A stretch of DNA of 64,000 nt from Spongospora subterranea f. sp. subterranea (lineage: Eukaryota). The stretch's first letter is position 1, and every line of letters begins with the position of its first letter. The notes under the pieces are model-generated. The model ran no database searches. It saw nothing but the letters and a program-made list of their open reading frames with translations, and was not told the DNA's origin. The DNA lies in assembly GCA_049724395.1 (NCBI GenBank), contig JAUGWO010000127.1, positions 1 through 64,000 of the forward strand. The letters are read 5' to 3'. Position numbers and translations under genes: made by a program. Shown here in pieces: positions 23,437 to 35,792 of this stretch.

Positions 23437-26400
23437 TTCCTGTTCATTAGGGAACACAAACGTTCGCTCATCCATTGGCCTGACCCTATATTGGCCAATA
23501 TTAATCGATTCCTCATTGGATTCTGGTTCCATTCCAATGCGATTAACCCTGATCCCATTCCTCCTTTGGTTTGGGGCGATCTCCTGATCAAGCGTCAAAT
23601 CATCCTTATTTGACGATCCCCATCTGGTCATTAAGTCTGCCCAGACGTTTTCCTCACCAGCTATGTGTTCAACCGTATAGTTGAACTTCCTGATCTCCAT
23701 TCCCCACCGCTCCAGACGTTGCCCAGCCTGTTTGGTGCACCTAGTTGGACTATACATGGCCGCCAGATGTTTATGATCTGTGTATATCCTGAATGGAGTG
23801 TCTCCAATTTGAAGTAAGTAATCCAACTTCTTCAAAGTGTCCCATATTGCAAAGTCTTCCTTATCCGGTGTAGACCAATTCAGTTCAGATCCATTGAACC
23901 TATGTCCTACAAATCCCAACGGTTCGTGTCCCTGATCATTCCTCGGTTTCCCAATATCCCCAATAGGAATTTGACTGACCATCCCTGAGGCATGAAATTC
24001 ACTGGCATCAGTGAATACACATTGAACCTTATCCTTCATTGGATAACTCAGCTGCGTTTTCCTAGCAATTGCGCCTTTGATGTTATGAAAAGCGTCGATA
24101 TGAATGTCTCCCCATCCATGCCGGTCTAATCTCACACCACGAGCTACTGCTTCCTGTCCGTTTGGGCTGATTCTTCATTGCTTTTTCATAAATGTCCTGC
24201 AATGGTAAAATCAATTTGTTTTACTCTGGAATCGACCTATTCATCCATTGTACGGCCATCATGAATTGCTGTAAATCCCTAGCCATTTTCGGATATGGCA
24301 TTCCATTGAGAGCCGATATCCTCCCTGGATCATGACTGACTCCATCTGGTGTGAAGATTCGGCCACAGAAATGTGGCTTCCCTTAAGAGCAAATCACATC
24401 GTTCAACATTGAACTTAATGTTATGTTGTTCCGCCAATCTCAATGTCCCCTGCAGTGCTTCAAACCATTTGTCCTCAGTTTCCGCATGACCTAAAATATC
24501 ATCAATCCTGATGATCAACGACTTATACAACAATTCCTCAAATATTTCATGCATCCTAGCCTGAAACTGAGTAGATGAATTCAATGCTCCCTGGATCGAA
24601 AGTGTTGGAGTGTAAACTCCACGATCGGTCATGAATGAAAACATCTCCTGACACTCCTGGTCAAGTGGCATAATCCAAAATCCCTTAAACGCATCCAATG
24701 AAAACCAATACTTAGACCCTGCTAAGTTACCTAACAATAAATTGCAAGAATGGCATTGGCCATGCTGTGGCCTTGCATAATGCATTGACTTCCCTGAGAT
24801 CAATACACATTCTGTATCCTCGTTCCCTGGTTGTCTGACAACTACCACCGACGAAGCCCACTCCGCATTGTAGTTCTCAAACACCAATCCATATTTGACC
24901 AACAACTTGACAAAAGTGTCCAGAAATTCACTTTGTTCTGTGTTGTATCTCCTAGCTTTGCACCTGACTGGTTCCACATTATCCTTCAAGAATGTCTTGA
25001 AAGGTGTCACCTTAGATGGTTCATCATTACCTAATGATGCCCTCCACACATTACCGTATGTATGGACCAATTTCCTTAGTCGACTTTCCCAATGATTTGG
25101 TAATCCATTTTGTATAGCGCGCTCAACCAAACCATTCATTGCACCTCGCAATTCCTCAGGAATATTTTCCCCAATATTCACATCCTCATCAGAAACTTCC
25201 AGATCCTGATTTCCCAATCTTGTCCTCAAGATTAAATGCTCTAGGGCTGTTTTTGGGTCTATCCCTAGGTAGTTCCTTTAGCAAATCCTCGCCAATGAAT
25301 ACCTCATCACTTGGCGTATCCCATACCAAACATCTCCGGTTACGAGTGATCAGTTCGCCCGTTGCAGTTTGTAAAGTCAGGTCTGCATATACCTCATGCG
25401 TTGCCTGAGCCCGTGTCTTATCAGGTAATTCCAATGTGACCAGTTCCTTCAGTTCACATAATCTCATATCAGGATCCATATCCCTTATTTTCATGGCAAA
25501 TGACATTGGAATAATTGTCGCTTCTGCTCCACTGTCCAATATCCCTGGAAACAGTATCCCAGATGCAGCAATCTTCACTTCAATACCACTGTTCCTTGCT
25601 TCATCCACATTCCTATGTGGTGAAGACTTATCCAGATTTCCACAATCATCCAAAGTTCCAGTGTTAACATTGTCGACAACCTTGCCGATTCTGCACACCA
25701 ATAGGTACTTGGAACCCTGTGAGACTTTATTGCTGCTAAACTGACGTTTCCGGCGGTCCAGCAGCTCTGCCATCTCCTTCCCTGTCGGCTTGTCAGGACA
25801 TTTTGCCATGGGATGCCCTTTCTTGCCGCACTTAAGACAAATGATGTCGGGGTTGTGATTCGAAGTTTGCATTTGGCCCTCGTGTTTCCGCTTTCGGTTG
25901 GCACCTGCCTTCCGAATCGGTGCTTTCAGACTCCTGTCATTCAGCTCACTAGCCGCAAAAGCCTTCACTTCAGCAACGGTCTCCGCCTTGCTGACCAATG
26001 TCTTAACAAAGTCCCGCCAACATCGCTGAAGGCTGGTGTTCCCAACCAGTGTCTCTTCCTTCATTAACGCGCCTAGCTCCGGCGGTTGCCGAACCGCGAC
26101 GGTCCACCGGACACGATTCTTTACCCCTTTGGGTGAAGAGAAGAGGTTACCGTACCCCTTGTCTTTAATCACCTTTTCCTGCCTGGCCAGTAAATCCAGC
26201 ACTGACAGCTTCCCAACCATAGTCCTGGACATCTTAATCGATAGTATGTCCTTCTACACGGTACCTGCCGCCGTCGGCAATCCTCGAACAAGCTCCTGCT
26301 TGATCCAGTTTCGTACCTCGGTCCCAGTCACAACCCCTGGATCCCTATCCAGTTCGTGTATAGCGATAACGGCCAGGTGCTCCGGCTCGATCATCGTGAC

Positions 26401-26684
26401 GACGTCTCTTGCTGTGTCGGACCTTCCAGCATCAGCAAGATGTAAATCATATCTTTCCAGTTCCTCGCCAGGAACTTCACCAAATGGTTCCTCTGCATTC
26501 CGGCCAACCTTGGCGCGGCAATGGTTTCCATGATGTCACCAGCCCGACCTCGGACTCGATGACCATCACTTCCCTTCCCATTCTGATAGTTGACAGAGCT
26601 CGCCTCCGGATCGTCACCCAGATTAATGGGGCTTCCAGCACCCACTTCAGCCCTCTCCTCATCAACAATCATTGTGACAGTCAT
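23437..26684 (-). mobile_element. Ty3/gypsy element E (gag, CCHC knuckle, PR, RT, RNase H), frameshifted, integrase and 3' end missing
   Basis: CLKCGKKGHPMAKC, LDSGA, LDAFKGF, RIDD, FTDAS, YTDHKHL, ADLMTRW. Confidence 0.9.
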
Positions 26685-27302
26685 TGTTTAGATGCCAAAC
26701 GCGAATTCAAATGCAGATGCAAATGTTTTTGCAGAAAGATCTTTATAGCGTTTGCACGTTGGAATCCGTTCCAAATTCAATGTGTGTATTAGCCATTCCC
26801 TGGAGTCGAGTAATCCTGCTTGACTCACGCAGTAGATGAGGCTGTGGCGCACTCCATAGCATTAGGGGGTGATTAATCCTTATGCCCAAGGATTGATTAT
26901 TCCCATATGCTACAGATAACAATGGGTCAAGAACTTGGTCGAGGGCTAGCGACAGCCTTTTCAAACACTTCAAACAACGAAATCAAATGACTGTCCGATC
27001 TTACACAGTATTCCCAGGGTTTCTTTGGCTTCGAGAAACAGTTTTGCATTGAGTGACTTCTCTGAAAGCAGATCTTTTATCATGGTGGATGTCCAAGAGG
27101 CATCCCTTCCGTCTTCCATTTTCTGAGGCTGGCCCCGTTTCTTTGAACAATCGACTGCGACAGCGACCGTCGGATGAGCAACCGACGTCGATGTTTCCAC
27201 GAGACAAACAATGGGAACGGGAGAGGATGAGATCGAGTATTAATGGGAGAGGAAGACAGGAAGTTGACACAATAGGAGAGGATCCAATAATGGCTAAAGC
27301 CT

Positions 27303-29017
27303 TTATTGATATTCGTCAATGAACAGGATTTGCTCCATCATATCTGTAATATATAACCAATCAGGTCCTAATTGCTTCTGAAGAGCATCTGCTAGTTGTC
27401 GATTCACTCCAGGAGAGAATGTACCTGGTCGGGTTTCACACTTCTCAGACTGAATTAGATCGAAGCATGTTTTAAACGCTTTGATCCCAATTGCTTGTTG
27501 ACACCGTCTAATCATGCAATTACAATCGTAGGAATGTCGTTTTGAGTTCATTGAAACCTACAGAACGAGCAGCGCTTTCCGATCATGAAGATTACCGGGA
27601 AGCGGTTGGCTATCAACAGTATTGCTCGGATCATAAGCCTTGTCGTTATCGGATGACCATATCCACTCCCGTGGATCATCTTCACGATGAACGAACGAGC
27701 CACTCTCAGCCTGTAGACAGATTTGAATCAACCGCCGTTTGTGGACAAGCTGATTCACACACCCGAGCGGCGATATTTGTGGAATATGATAAAAGAACAG
27801 CAACGTCCTCCGCATCTGAATATTGATTAACATCGCTGCATCCTGTGTCGGGCTCTGATTTGAGCGATTCGCCATCGGCTAGAGCAAGTTTAACTGGCTT
27901 CTTGGCGATTTCGGCGTGATCAACGACAGAATCATTATTGGGATCGAAAGGTGTCAGATACGATTTCAGTCGAATATTCGCCTGAAAGATATGAGATAAC
28001 CCCAATATCTCGATCTGCTTTTGCAGAGAATTCATCTCTGGACAACGTTCATTTCCTCCATATTCCATCGTATATCGGTCCAACACACATCTCTATGGGA
28101 AGTAGTGTGAGTGATAATGAATTTATCCAACTCCCTGAGCGATAATCATTACCACAGGACGATGCAATAAAGGCGACTGCAACATGACGGTGGTGGTTGG
28201 ACGCCTGTTCGGATCCACCGACAGCATTCGCTTGACCAATTGCACGAGATTTGGGCTTCCGACCCTGGGAGGAATATATTTTCCTTGGATGATCCGGTTG
28301 GATAAACCGGTTAATGAGTCGGAGACGAAGGCGTGTGCACCTGTCAACATCTCATATGTAATACACCCTAACGCCCAGATATCGCTCTTCAAATTGTCTT
28401 CACAATGAACGTGTTAAATGGGGAGAACGAATTGATGAATTCCATGGGTTAACCTTACAAGGGGTATTGCTCAATAGCTCTGGGCTCATATAGAATGGAG
28501 TTCCAATACAAGTTTCGGCGAAATCCATCGAGCTCTCGAGAAACGTCGACACGCCGAAGTCGCCGAGTTTCAGACGGCGACACTGATCTTGAAGGAATAT
28601 ATTAGGGCATTTGAGGTCGCGATGCATTAGGTTTTGCGTGTGAAGATAATGTAAAGCCAGGGTCATTTGTGCCAGGAAATCCAATACGGTGCTTTCAGGC
28701 AGACCAGGGCGGCGACCACTTCCTGATCCTTTGACGTAATCCCGTATGAACGCCGATAGATCACCGCCATCACAGTATTCCATCACGAGACAAAGCGTTT
28801 GGGACGCCGGGTCCTCAAAAGTCTGGTAATGTTTGACAATTCCGGGATGGGCAAGATCTGAGAGCAATCGCGCTTCGGTTCTGGCTTGGTGTAGATTCTG
28901 CAGCCTCATCTGTTTAATCACGACAGAAGCGCCATCGTGTCGCCGTCTGGCTTTATAGACGACTCCATAGGCTCCTTTGCCGATTGGTTCCTCTATGTTG
29001 TAATCGTCCAGCGACAT
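27303..29017 (-). CDS. NIMA-related (NEK) Ser/Thr kinase, multi-exon
   Basis: IGKGAYG, HRDLK, LGDFG, GTPFYMSPE; intron 28398-28458 restores YNLKSDIWALG; later exon boundaries approximate. Confidence 0.9.
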
Positions 29018-29474
29018 TATAGATGACGGCAACTGCACTAAATGTGGCCGATCAATCACTAGTCACACGATAACTGAATACAGTTCTACTATATCAACAC
29101 TTTATAATACTAAAAACCGATAATGCATTGTCAAGAATCAGGATAAATCCATTGGCTGAGCCGGACTGGCAACGTGTTGAACAAGGTCTGGCTGACTAAT
29201 CGGTTGGTTGTCTGAGGGAACCACCTGGCTTGTCTGGCTTTGATCTTGGAACATGATCGGTGAATCCCCTGATCTTTCAGCAATAAATACAGCTTTAAAC
29301 AGAAGCCCCTGGCAATCCATGCTAGGTATTGAACTAACCGGTGCTGCCGTTTATCCGGGCGAGTGATCTTGGACCGCTAACGGCGATAGAATATATCTTC
29401 AGTACCTTCAATAAAATAGGTTTAGAGAAAAAACTGTATCAATGCGGCGAACACGCCAAGAAACTGTAAAGAAA
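28734..29474 (-). repeat. Inverted duplicate of 62851-63614 (SIN3 3' end, spacer, NEK 5' part)
   Basis: Reverse-complement alignment by eye, high identity with indels. Confidence 0.95.
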
Positions 29475-30095
29475 TTGAGCAACAGAATCTGCTCCCAATA
29501 GTACTGCTCCAGGCGCAAAATCATCCGAAATCGTCACCGACATTAGAAGTACACCGTTAACCTCTGACGTCACATCATTCGCCATCACCACTCGAACTAG
29601 CAGCGGAATTTCTTCGTGTTCAAAAGCCTCCTGTACTGACGAGGTTCAAACATTCAATGGTATCCTCAACGGCGCTTATCGCCATATAAGTGCCATATAT
29701 CTACTCCGTGCACGGCATTACTTCAATCAAGAACTCAGTCTTTGGTGTCATATTATCATGATCTCCCGTCGCTTCCGAGGAAACCATATCAATACTTTTA
29801 ACCTCAAAGAATCATGATCCCCAAATCAAACCAGACCGATACTTATGCCAAGCATAGATGGATGATGGAAATTTTTCGGATAATCGGGATCCGGCACAAC
29901 AAACTAGGGAGTATCTAGAAAGACATTCCCCTGGATTGCAATCGAATTTTCAGAAATCATCCCGTGACTGACGTTCACGGACTCCGCCGAACTCCGTGGT
30001 TCTCGGCGTGTCTCTACCTGGTCCGGGTCGTCCTGTCGATGCATTTCTCCAAACACGCGCCCCCTGTTCAAGTTGTGATTCTCATTGCCTACGCG

Positions 30096-30890
30096 ATGGG
30101 AATCGTCAATGTTGTCGTCGTCGTAGCCCTGATTTGTGCCGTCCTACAACAAGCAGCGTCCCCGCAGCATACCCACCAAACAATTCCAATTCAAGACACA
30201 CACCGTCCCCCGCAGCCAGCGCCGCTCAAAGGCAACTTCCCGCAAGCAGGATTTTTCCTGCTGTTCATTACTGTGGTTGGTGCCACCATGCTAGGTCCAG
30301 TGCTGGACCCGAATCGATTTGACTACACGATCCCGCAAGTGCCGATATTATTTCTGATTAAGGGCGTCTCGGAAATGCTGAATGCCATCGGTGTCGCGTT
30401 GGGCGACAGATCGGGAGTTCTGGTCAAGGGTCTGTTGCTTGTAGCACTTCTGTACGGGGTCCTTGGATGGCATCGCAACCAAAATATCAGCGAATATGCT
30501 GACATGGAGCCATGGCAAAGTCCCCTCAACGCTTTCGCACAGCCGCAGGAGGTTCTCCCGCCGCATGGGCATGAGCTGGCGCCACCACCCGCTCAACAGG
30601 GCGGAGGGAATTGGATGGTCGGGGTGTGGCTGTTTAGCACCATCCTGGCAGTGCTGATGGTCGGGCATGTCACGATGCCGGGCCTGATCCTCACGTCGGT
30701 GCCGGAGATGTTGATCATGGTCAACCTGGTTCGGGTAGTGATGTGGGCGGCCGGGGGATGCAAAGGAGTACCCGTTGTGGGAGTGTCTCTGGTAATGGGC
30801 GTGATCTTGGAGAGTTCTCCAGCCGCCACACTGTTTCTTTTGCTTGGCGCCGTCTGGGGACGGTTTGGCACTTTTCTGGATTCTGTTTGA
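30096..30890 (+). CDS. Hypothetical multi-pass membrane protein (start uncertain)
   Basis: Uninterrupted GC-rich ORF with a signal-like N-terminus and several hydrophobic segments. Confidence 0.55.
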   Translation: MGIVNVVVVVALICAVLQQAASPQHTHQTIPIQDTHRPPQPAPLKGNFPQAGFFLLFITVVGATMLGPVLDPNRFDYTIPQVPILFLIKGVSEMLNAIGVALGDRSGVLVKGLLLVALLYGVLGWHRNQNISEYADMEPWQSPLNAFAQPQEVLPPHGHELAPPPAQQGGGNWMVGVWLFSTILAVLMVGHVTMPGLILTSVPEMLIMVNLVRVVMWAAGGCKGVPVVGVSLVMGVILESSPAATLFLLLGAVWGRFGTFLDSV

Positions 30891-32869
30891 AAAGCTTTTA
30901 GTTCACAACATGAGCTCAAGTACAGAATTATGCTCCGGAATGGTTTACTGTAATAAACCGTCCATCAATGATTGGTTTTTTCAAATAACTAATTCTCCTG
31001 TCGGCCCTTGCTCATTTCGACATCGGTCCCTGACTTCCCAGAACTGCTCGAGTTCGATTCAAGCCGTCCCCGAATGGAGAATTCGTTCAACAATCTCAAA
31101 TCCTGGCATATACAGGTCTCATGGTGGATCCATCAATTCTTATCCTCAAATCCTCCTTTTGCAGTTAGCTCACATAGAATCCGTATCTGTTTTCCTGGAA
31201 CAGAATTCACAAAAACAATCCATACCTAACCGGACTTGGACACGGTTTCATTGGTTTGATCGCACAAGTTCGATAAACGTGTTCGGTAGTTTTACAGCGG
31301 AATGTAATTTGTTGTTTACTGATTGCTTTATAGCCTGGCCAGGATGATGACGCATCCTCGTCTGTTCCAGACACCCACCTCGCGACGAAGTATTCGGACT
31401 GATTAGAAGGGGGTCAGCGTGTATGGTGCTCTGGGATCGCGGATACAGGAAGGATTGGAATTGATTGGCCGCTCTTTCGACGCGTCCCGACCCGATTCAG
31501 GAAACGACCAGGTGCTGATGGAAACCAAACACCGAACAGCTAACATCGTGAACGAGCAGCAACTGATGGTTCAAGGGCAACAATGCCAATTCAACGGTGA
31601 ACGCAGATGCGCCAAAGTTTCGACCAATTGAACGATAATTAGGTTGTATCAAAGCCGTATTGGCCCATGGTTGATTAGGTCGAAAGGAGTTAAAAGTCGG
31701 TTTCTGGGGAGGCGCTCTGTCCCTACCAGAACGACAGTACTTGCTCCTTCTGCAATTGGCAGTGCGACTTCTGCCGCAACGTGCACAGAAAAATGAGGCC
31801 AACGTAGGATTGAGCATAACAATAGTCGATGGACACCCGCCATGGACTGGCATTAGGCAACCATTTACCTGGGGCGGCCTGGCACGAACCTATGAGGTGC
31901 AAACAATACCGGACCGCGAGCTCTCGTATCGAAGGATGCCCTTAGACGCTAACACATCCGGAAGATGGGACAATTGGAGGGCCCGTCTGAGCGATTGGAT
32001 GCCGTGCTGCTCAACAGCGTGCGATATGATTGGCGGGGGGCAATTCGGGGCGACTCCAGGTTCAACACATTGCAGATGCTCACGACCAATAACTCCAATC
32101 GCGCGTCTGTACTGCGCTCGAAATGTTGACCTTACGGTCACGTGCTGGATGCGAATAATCCTGAGCTATAACAACCGAGAAGCAGCGACCGAGGCCGGCA
32201 GACGCCATACGATGGAGCCGCTCGCAGGCCATATGAGGCGTCGGGAAAATGGATTGTTTGAATGTGCATCGCGGTGTTCGGCACGAATTTCATGAAACTG
32301 GCCAAACGTCGCTGCCATACGATTCAGTCCGCTGCACATATTGGACGTCATCTCCACAAGGGCAACGAAACCGTTCGGTGTTATGGAGAAAATGCTGCTG
32401 TTGCATCTTCTTTTGAGGTAAACAACTCATATTCTGCACTATCTCCACACGCAATGGTCCTTCCCGGCACGCTTTGTGACAGTTGCGCTGAGTAATCACT
32501 CGGCCGGCCTCAGCTGTGTAAGACGCACTCTGGATCAAGCATGAATGGAAAGTCAAACAATCAATTTTGTCAACCCAGAGTGAGGCTGGCTTTGCGGTGC
32601 ACCCTTGTTCACTTGAGGCAACCTTGTTCTGTTGCGACACAATTTCACGGATCCAAAATTCTGCTGATTCCGGTAGGACAAAAATCTCCCTGAGTTTGGC
32701 AGGGCCACGTAAAGTGTCGGTCAGTTGTCTTCGACGTCCATACTGTACTGCGACATTTCAGGATTTGACGCAACGCTGATGGCGTGTGCCCGTTTTAAAA
32801 AACATTTGAATTTGGCGGCCATACAATCATGCGCTAAGTGAAAACATTGACATTGCGAGATCATAATAA

Positions 32870-35792
32870 ATATTTAGGTGCATTTTATGACTTTGATGTC
32901 GGCGGTCTCAGATGATCATGGTAAAAGTGCAGTGGTCATCTGGGTTAATTGTCCAACTCTTTTGGAATCAGGCCAGACGACACAGTGCATAGCAGACTCC
33001 AAAAGACGCAACTTCGCAACAGTCTCGCTACTCCTGGGGTTGCAAGGAACTTGGAAAAGAAACCCTTTTGGCGGTAAACTTGACCTGTCTTGACAGTCCG
33101 AAGATACCGCTGTCACCATGAAAATCAGTGTAAATTCTTTTGCCAAGGCGCGAAGGTCATATACCATGAATTATATTTAAAATCAGCTGGCCGCCATATT
33201 TCCATTGATGTGGAATATGTTTCTACGATTAACAAACTTAATGCTGAAATATACACGCATAGAACAATAAAAACCTGCTTTGACGCCAAAATTATTCCAA
33301 TTCTCGTGCAAACATCATATGCTTCTATGATGATCAACTTGGGAGCAATATTGGTGACAAACAGAGAATGAGCGGCATCCCACATTTCAGCTCGGAGAGC
33401 GCACGTCAATGCGTCGTGAAGGCAACCATCGGCAAGACATCGTATATACTGGAGAAAATTGAGGATCAAGCGTAATGTAAGAAACATTCAACTTGTACCT
33501 TGGCAGTGTAGAGAACCTTTACAGGATTGATGCATTCAGAAGCCCCTGTCAATTCTGTCCACCGCAAAACGAAGTTAAAAATATCTTGTTCAGCATCGGA
33601 CAATAATCCTGTAAATTCTTGCTGAGATTCCGCACTAGACTCGTTGCTTTCAGGATAACCGAAAGAAACAGGATCAAAACGACGCCGAGACTGTCCGAAT
33701 GAAACATGTTATCAATGAATAAAGACGAAACGAAGTACAAACCGATCGAGATGCAGGCCAGTTACGGTTAAGAATATCTTGAACAAGACCTTCTACTGAC
33801 TCAGGATTTTGCTTGAAATTGACTAAAACGATGTAGATTGCTGATTTGAAATCACCAGAACCCTCTAACTGCGCAACGTATCCTATTGACAGCAATGCAG
33901 GAAAATGGCCATGTAACTTAACACCGCGGAATGAAATGATATCGTACGTATGCCACATCATGGCGAAATCAAACCAGCTACGATGTTGTTAAGCATATAA
34001 TGCTGAAAATTTCAATTGACGTCATACTGAGCGTTGCCTTTGAACAGCTTCCCGGCAGGCATCGTTGGGTCAACCCGCGAAACCATCAGTAATCTCCTGA
34101 TATCGTATGGCGCATCGGCGTCCGCGGCTAGCAGCGATTGCAGCGACTGATTTTGATTGTCGGCAAACCAAAATGACGCTGATAAATTGGACAGCCAATC
34201 CGCAGTCTATAAAGATGATGATCTATCTTCAAAGTATTGACAATAAGAATATTTACCAATTGGTATACATCACCTGCTAATATTCGATATACTAACTGAC
34301 ACGCTTCGGCAAATGTTTGCCACGTTCCAGATGAAGACCAGTTTCTAAAAGACGTTTATAGCTTGAAAAACGCACAGATAGCAAAAGCACCTTATTTGCT
34401 CTCTTAACAACGGTCTAGATTGTCCTCGCAAACCACCGCCACATTCAGCGATTAACTGATCATGATTATCAGCAATCAAGGCCTCATAATCATTCTCACA
34501 TACCGTCGCAAGTCTTGGGTTTTTGCTTTTTAGTGATGCAGAGACTGCATCAACTAGTCTGTGATCCATCAATGCACGACCGATAATGGACCAGGCATCA
34601 TCATTAGCAAACCCCCTCTCTACAAAGGACTTGAAAAAAATCAAGAACCACAACATGAAAAGATCTACTTGATTCAGAAACATGGTGCTGAAGTTCTGCG
34701 GAAACAGCGGTAGACGGCGGTTGACGAACTGCCTCTTCCATCCAGTTCGACAAAGCATTTCTCATGTCCACCGTGCTCCCTGAAAAATCTGGATCGTACA
34801 GCGATATTATCAAAGCCCAGTGATCCCCGTCGCGTTCCTAAAAGGAGTTGAGATGGTAGCGATCTGATAGGCAATGCAATTACTTTGTACGATTTGACAA
34901 CATCGGCACGGTTATCATGTCGTTCAACTGCATTTTGATGCAAGGCCACAAGTCGTGGATTTATTCCTGATGAGTTGATTCGCATAATTCGCACAGAGGT
35001 CAAAGACCGCCCTCGGGACACAAACCGCAGCCCAGTTCCGAATCCAACGGAAAAAGGGGATCTGAAACAAACGCTTTACGATGAAAAATTGAGAAAGATT
35101 ACTGGGGCATACTCTTCAGTGCTATGAAGCCTTAAAGATTCAGGATTATAGACAGAACCTTGCAGAGATCTAGGTGCCATGACTGGTATATGCGTACGAT
35201 CCGGAGGAACCATTCTTTCGTGCCCCCACTCTTCAACATCGAGATCGATGCGCGACATCTCAGTAATAGCCTTGTTTTGAATCGGGACTGTCGCAGGACC
35301 CGGTAATGAATCCATCCTGAAGAAAAAATAAGATTTGATATTAGGTGATATTACTCATACCATTGGGGTTGCAAAACATCTGATCTTTTGTCCAACTGCG
35401 TTTCATGCTCATACGCTGACCGCATCGCATGCAACTTAACAGCATCCAGACGACGTTCAGCCGCAAGCGCTTCTGGTCTTGGAATCGCTGCAGATGTTCG
35501 ATTTGCCAGTTGAGGAGACACCGATGCAGACTCAGAAAACAATCCAAACGCCTGACACACAGGTCAATTTCGCGGTTCATGGGATTATCGAGTGTACTGA
35601 GCCGACCTCATCAAACATTTTCAGCTCCACCTTGTCAGATGGAGAAGACTGCAACTGAATAGCATCACTGTTGACCGATTTTTGTATAGCTGGATACAGG
35701 ATGTCTTGATCAAATCCTGTGCCTTGGTTATTGCTGATTATGACGTCATCAAGGCAGAATTCAAAGACGTCATCGTGATCCTGATCCGACAT
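32870..35792 (-). CDS. NUP96: Nup96-like nucleoporin, many exons (boundaries approximate)
   Basis: Exon peptides RNALSNWM, NPRLAT, WHTYDII, YVAQLEGSGDFKSAIYIVL, WDAAHSLFVTNIAPKLII resemble Nup96. Confidence 0.7.

Larger units (their letters stand above)
18790..23440 (+). mobile_element. Non-LTR retrotransposon (LINE): ORF1-like region, OTU-like domain, APE endonuclease and RT; degenerate and 3' truncated
   Basis: IAQWNA, ITGDLN, SSDHLP (APE); YRPISLL, DFVKAFD, GIPQGS, YVDD (RT); A-rich + strand throughout; 5' boundary uncertain. Confidence 0.88.

Noticed and set aside
26700..27000. 5' LTR and PBS of gypsy E
   Set aside because: No partner LTR or convincing PBS, so boundaries cannot be supported
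30900..32800. Overlapping short ORFs on both strands
   Set aside because: No recognisable motif or consistent exon chain
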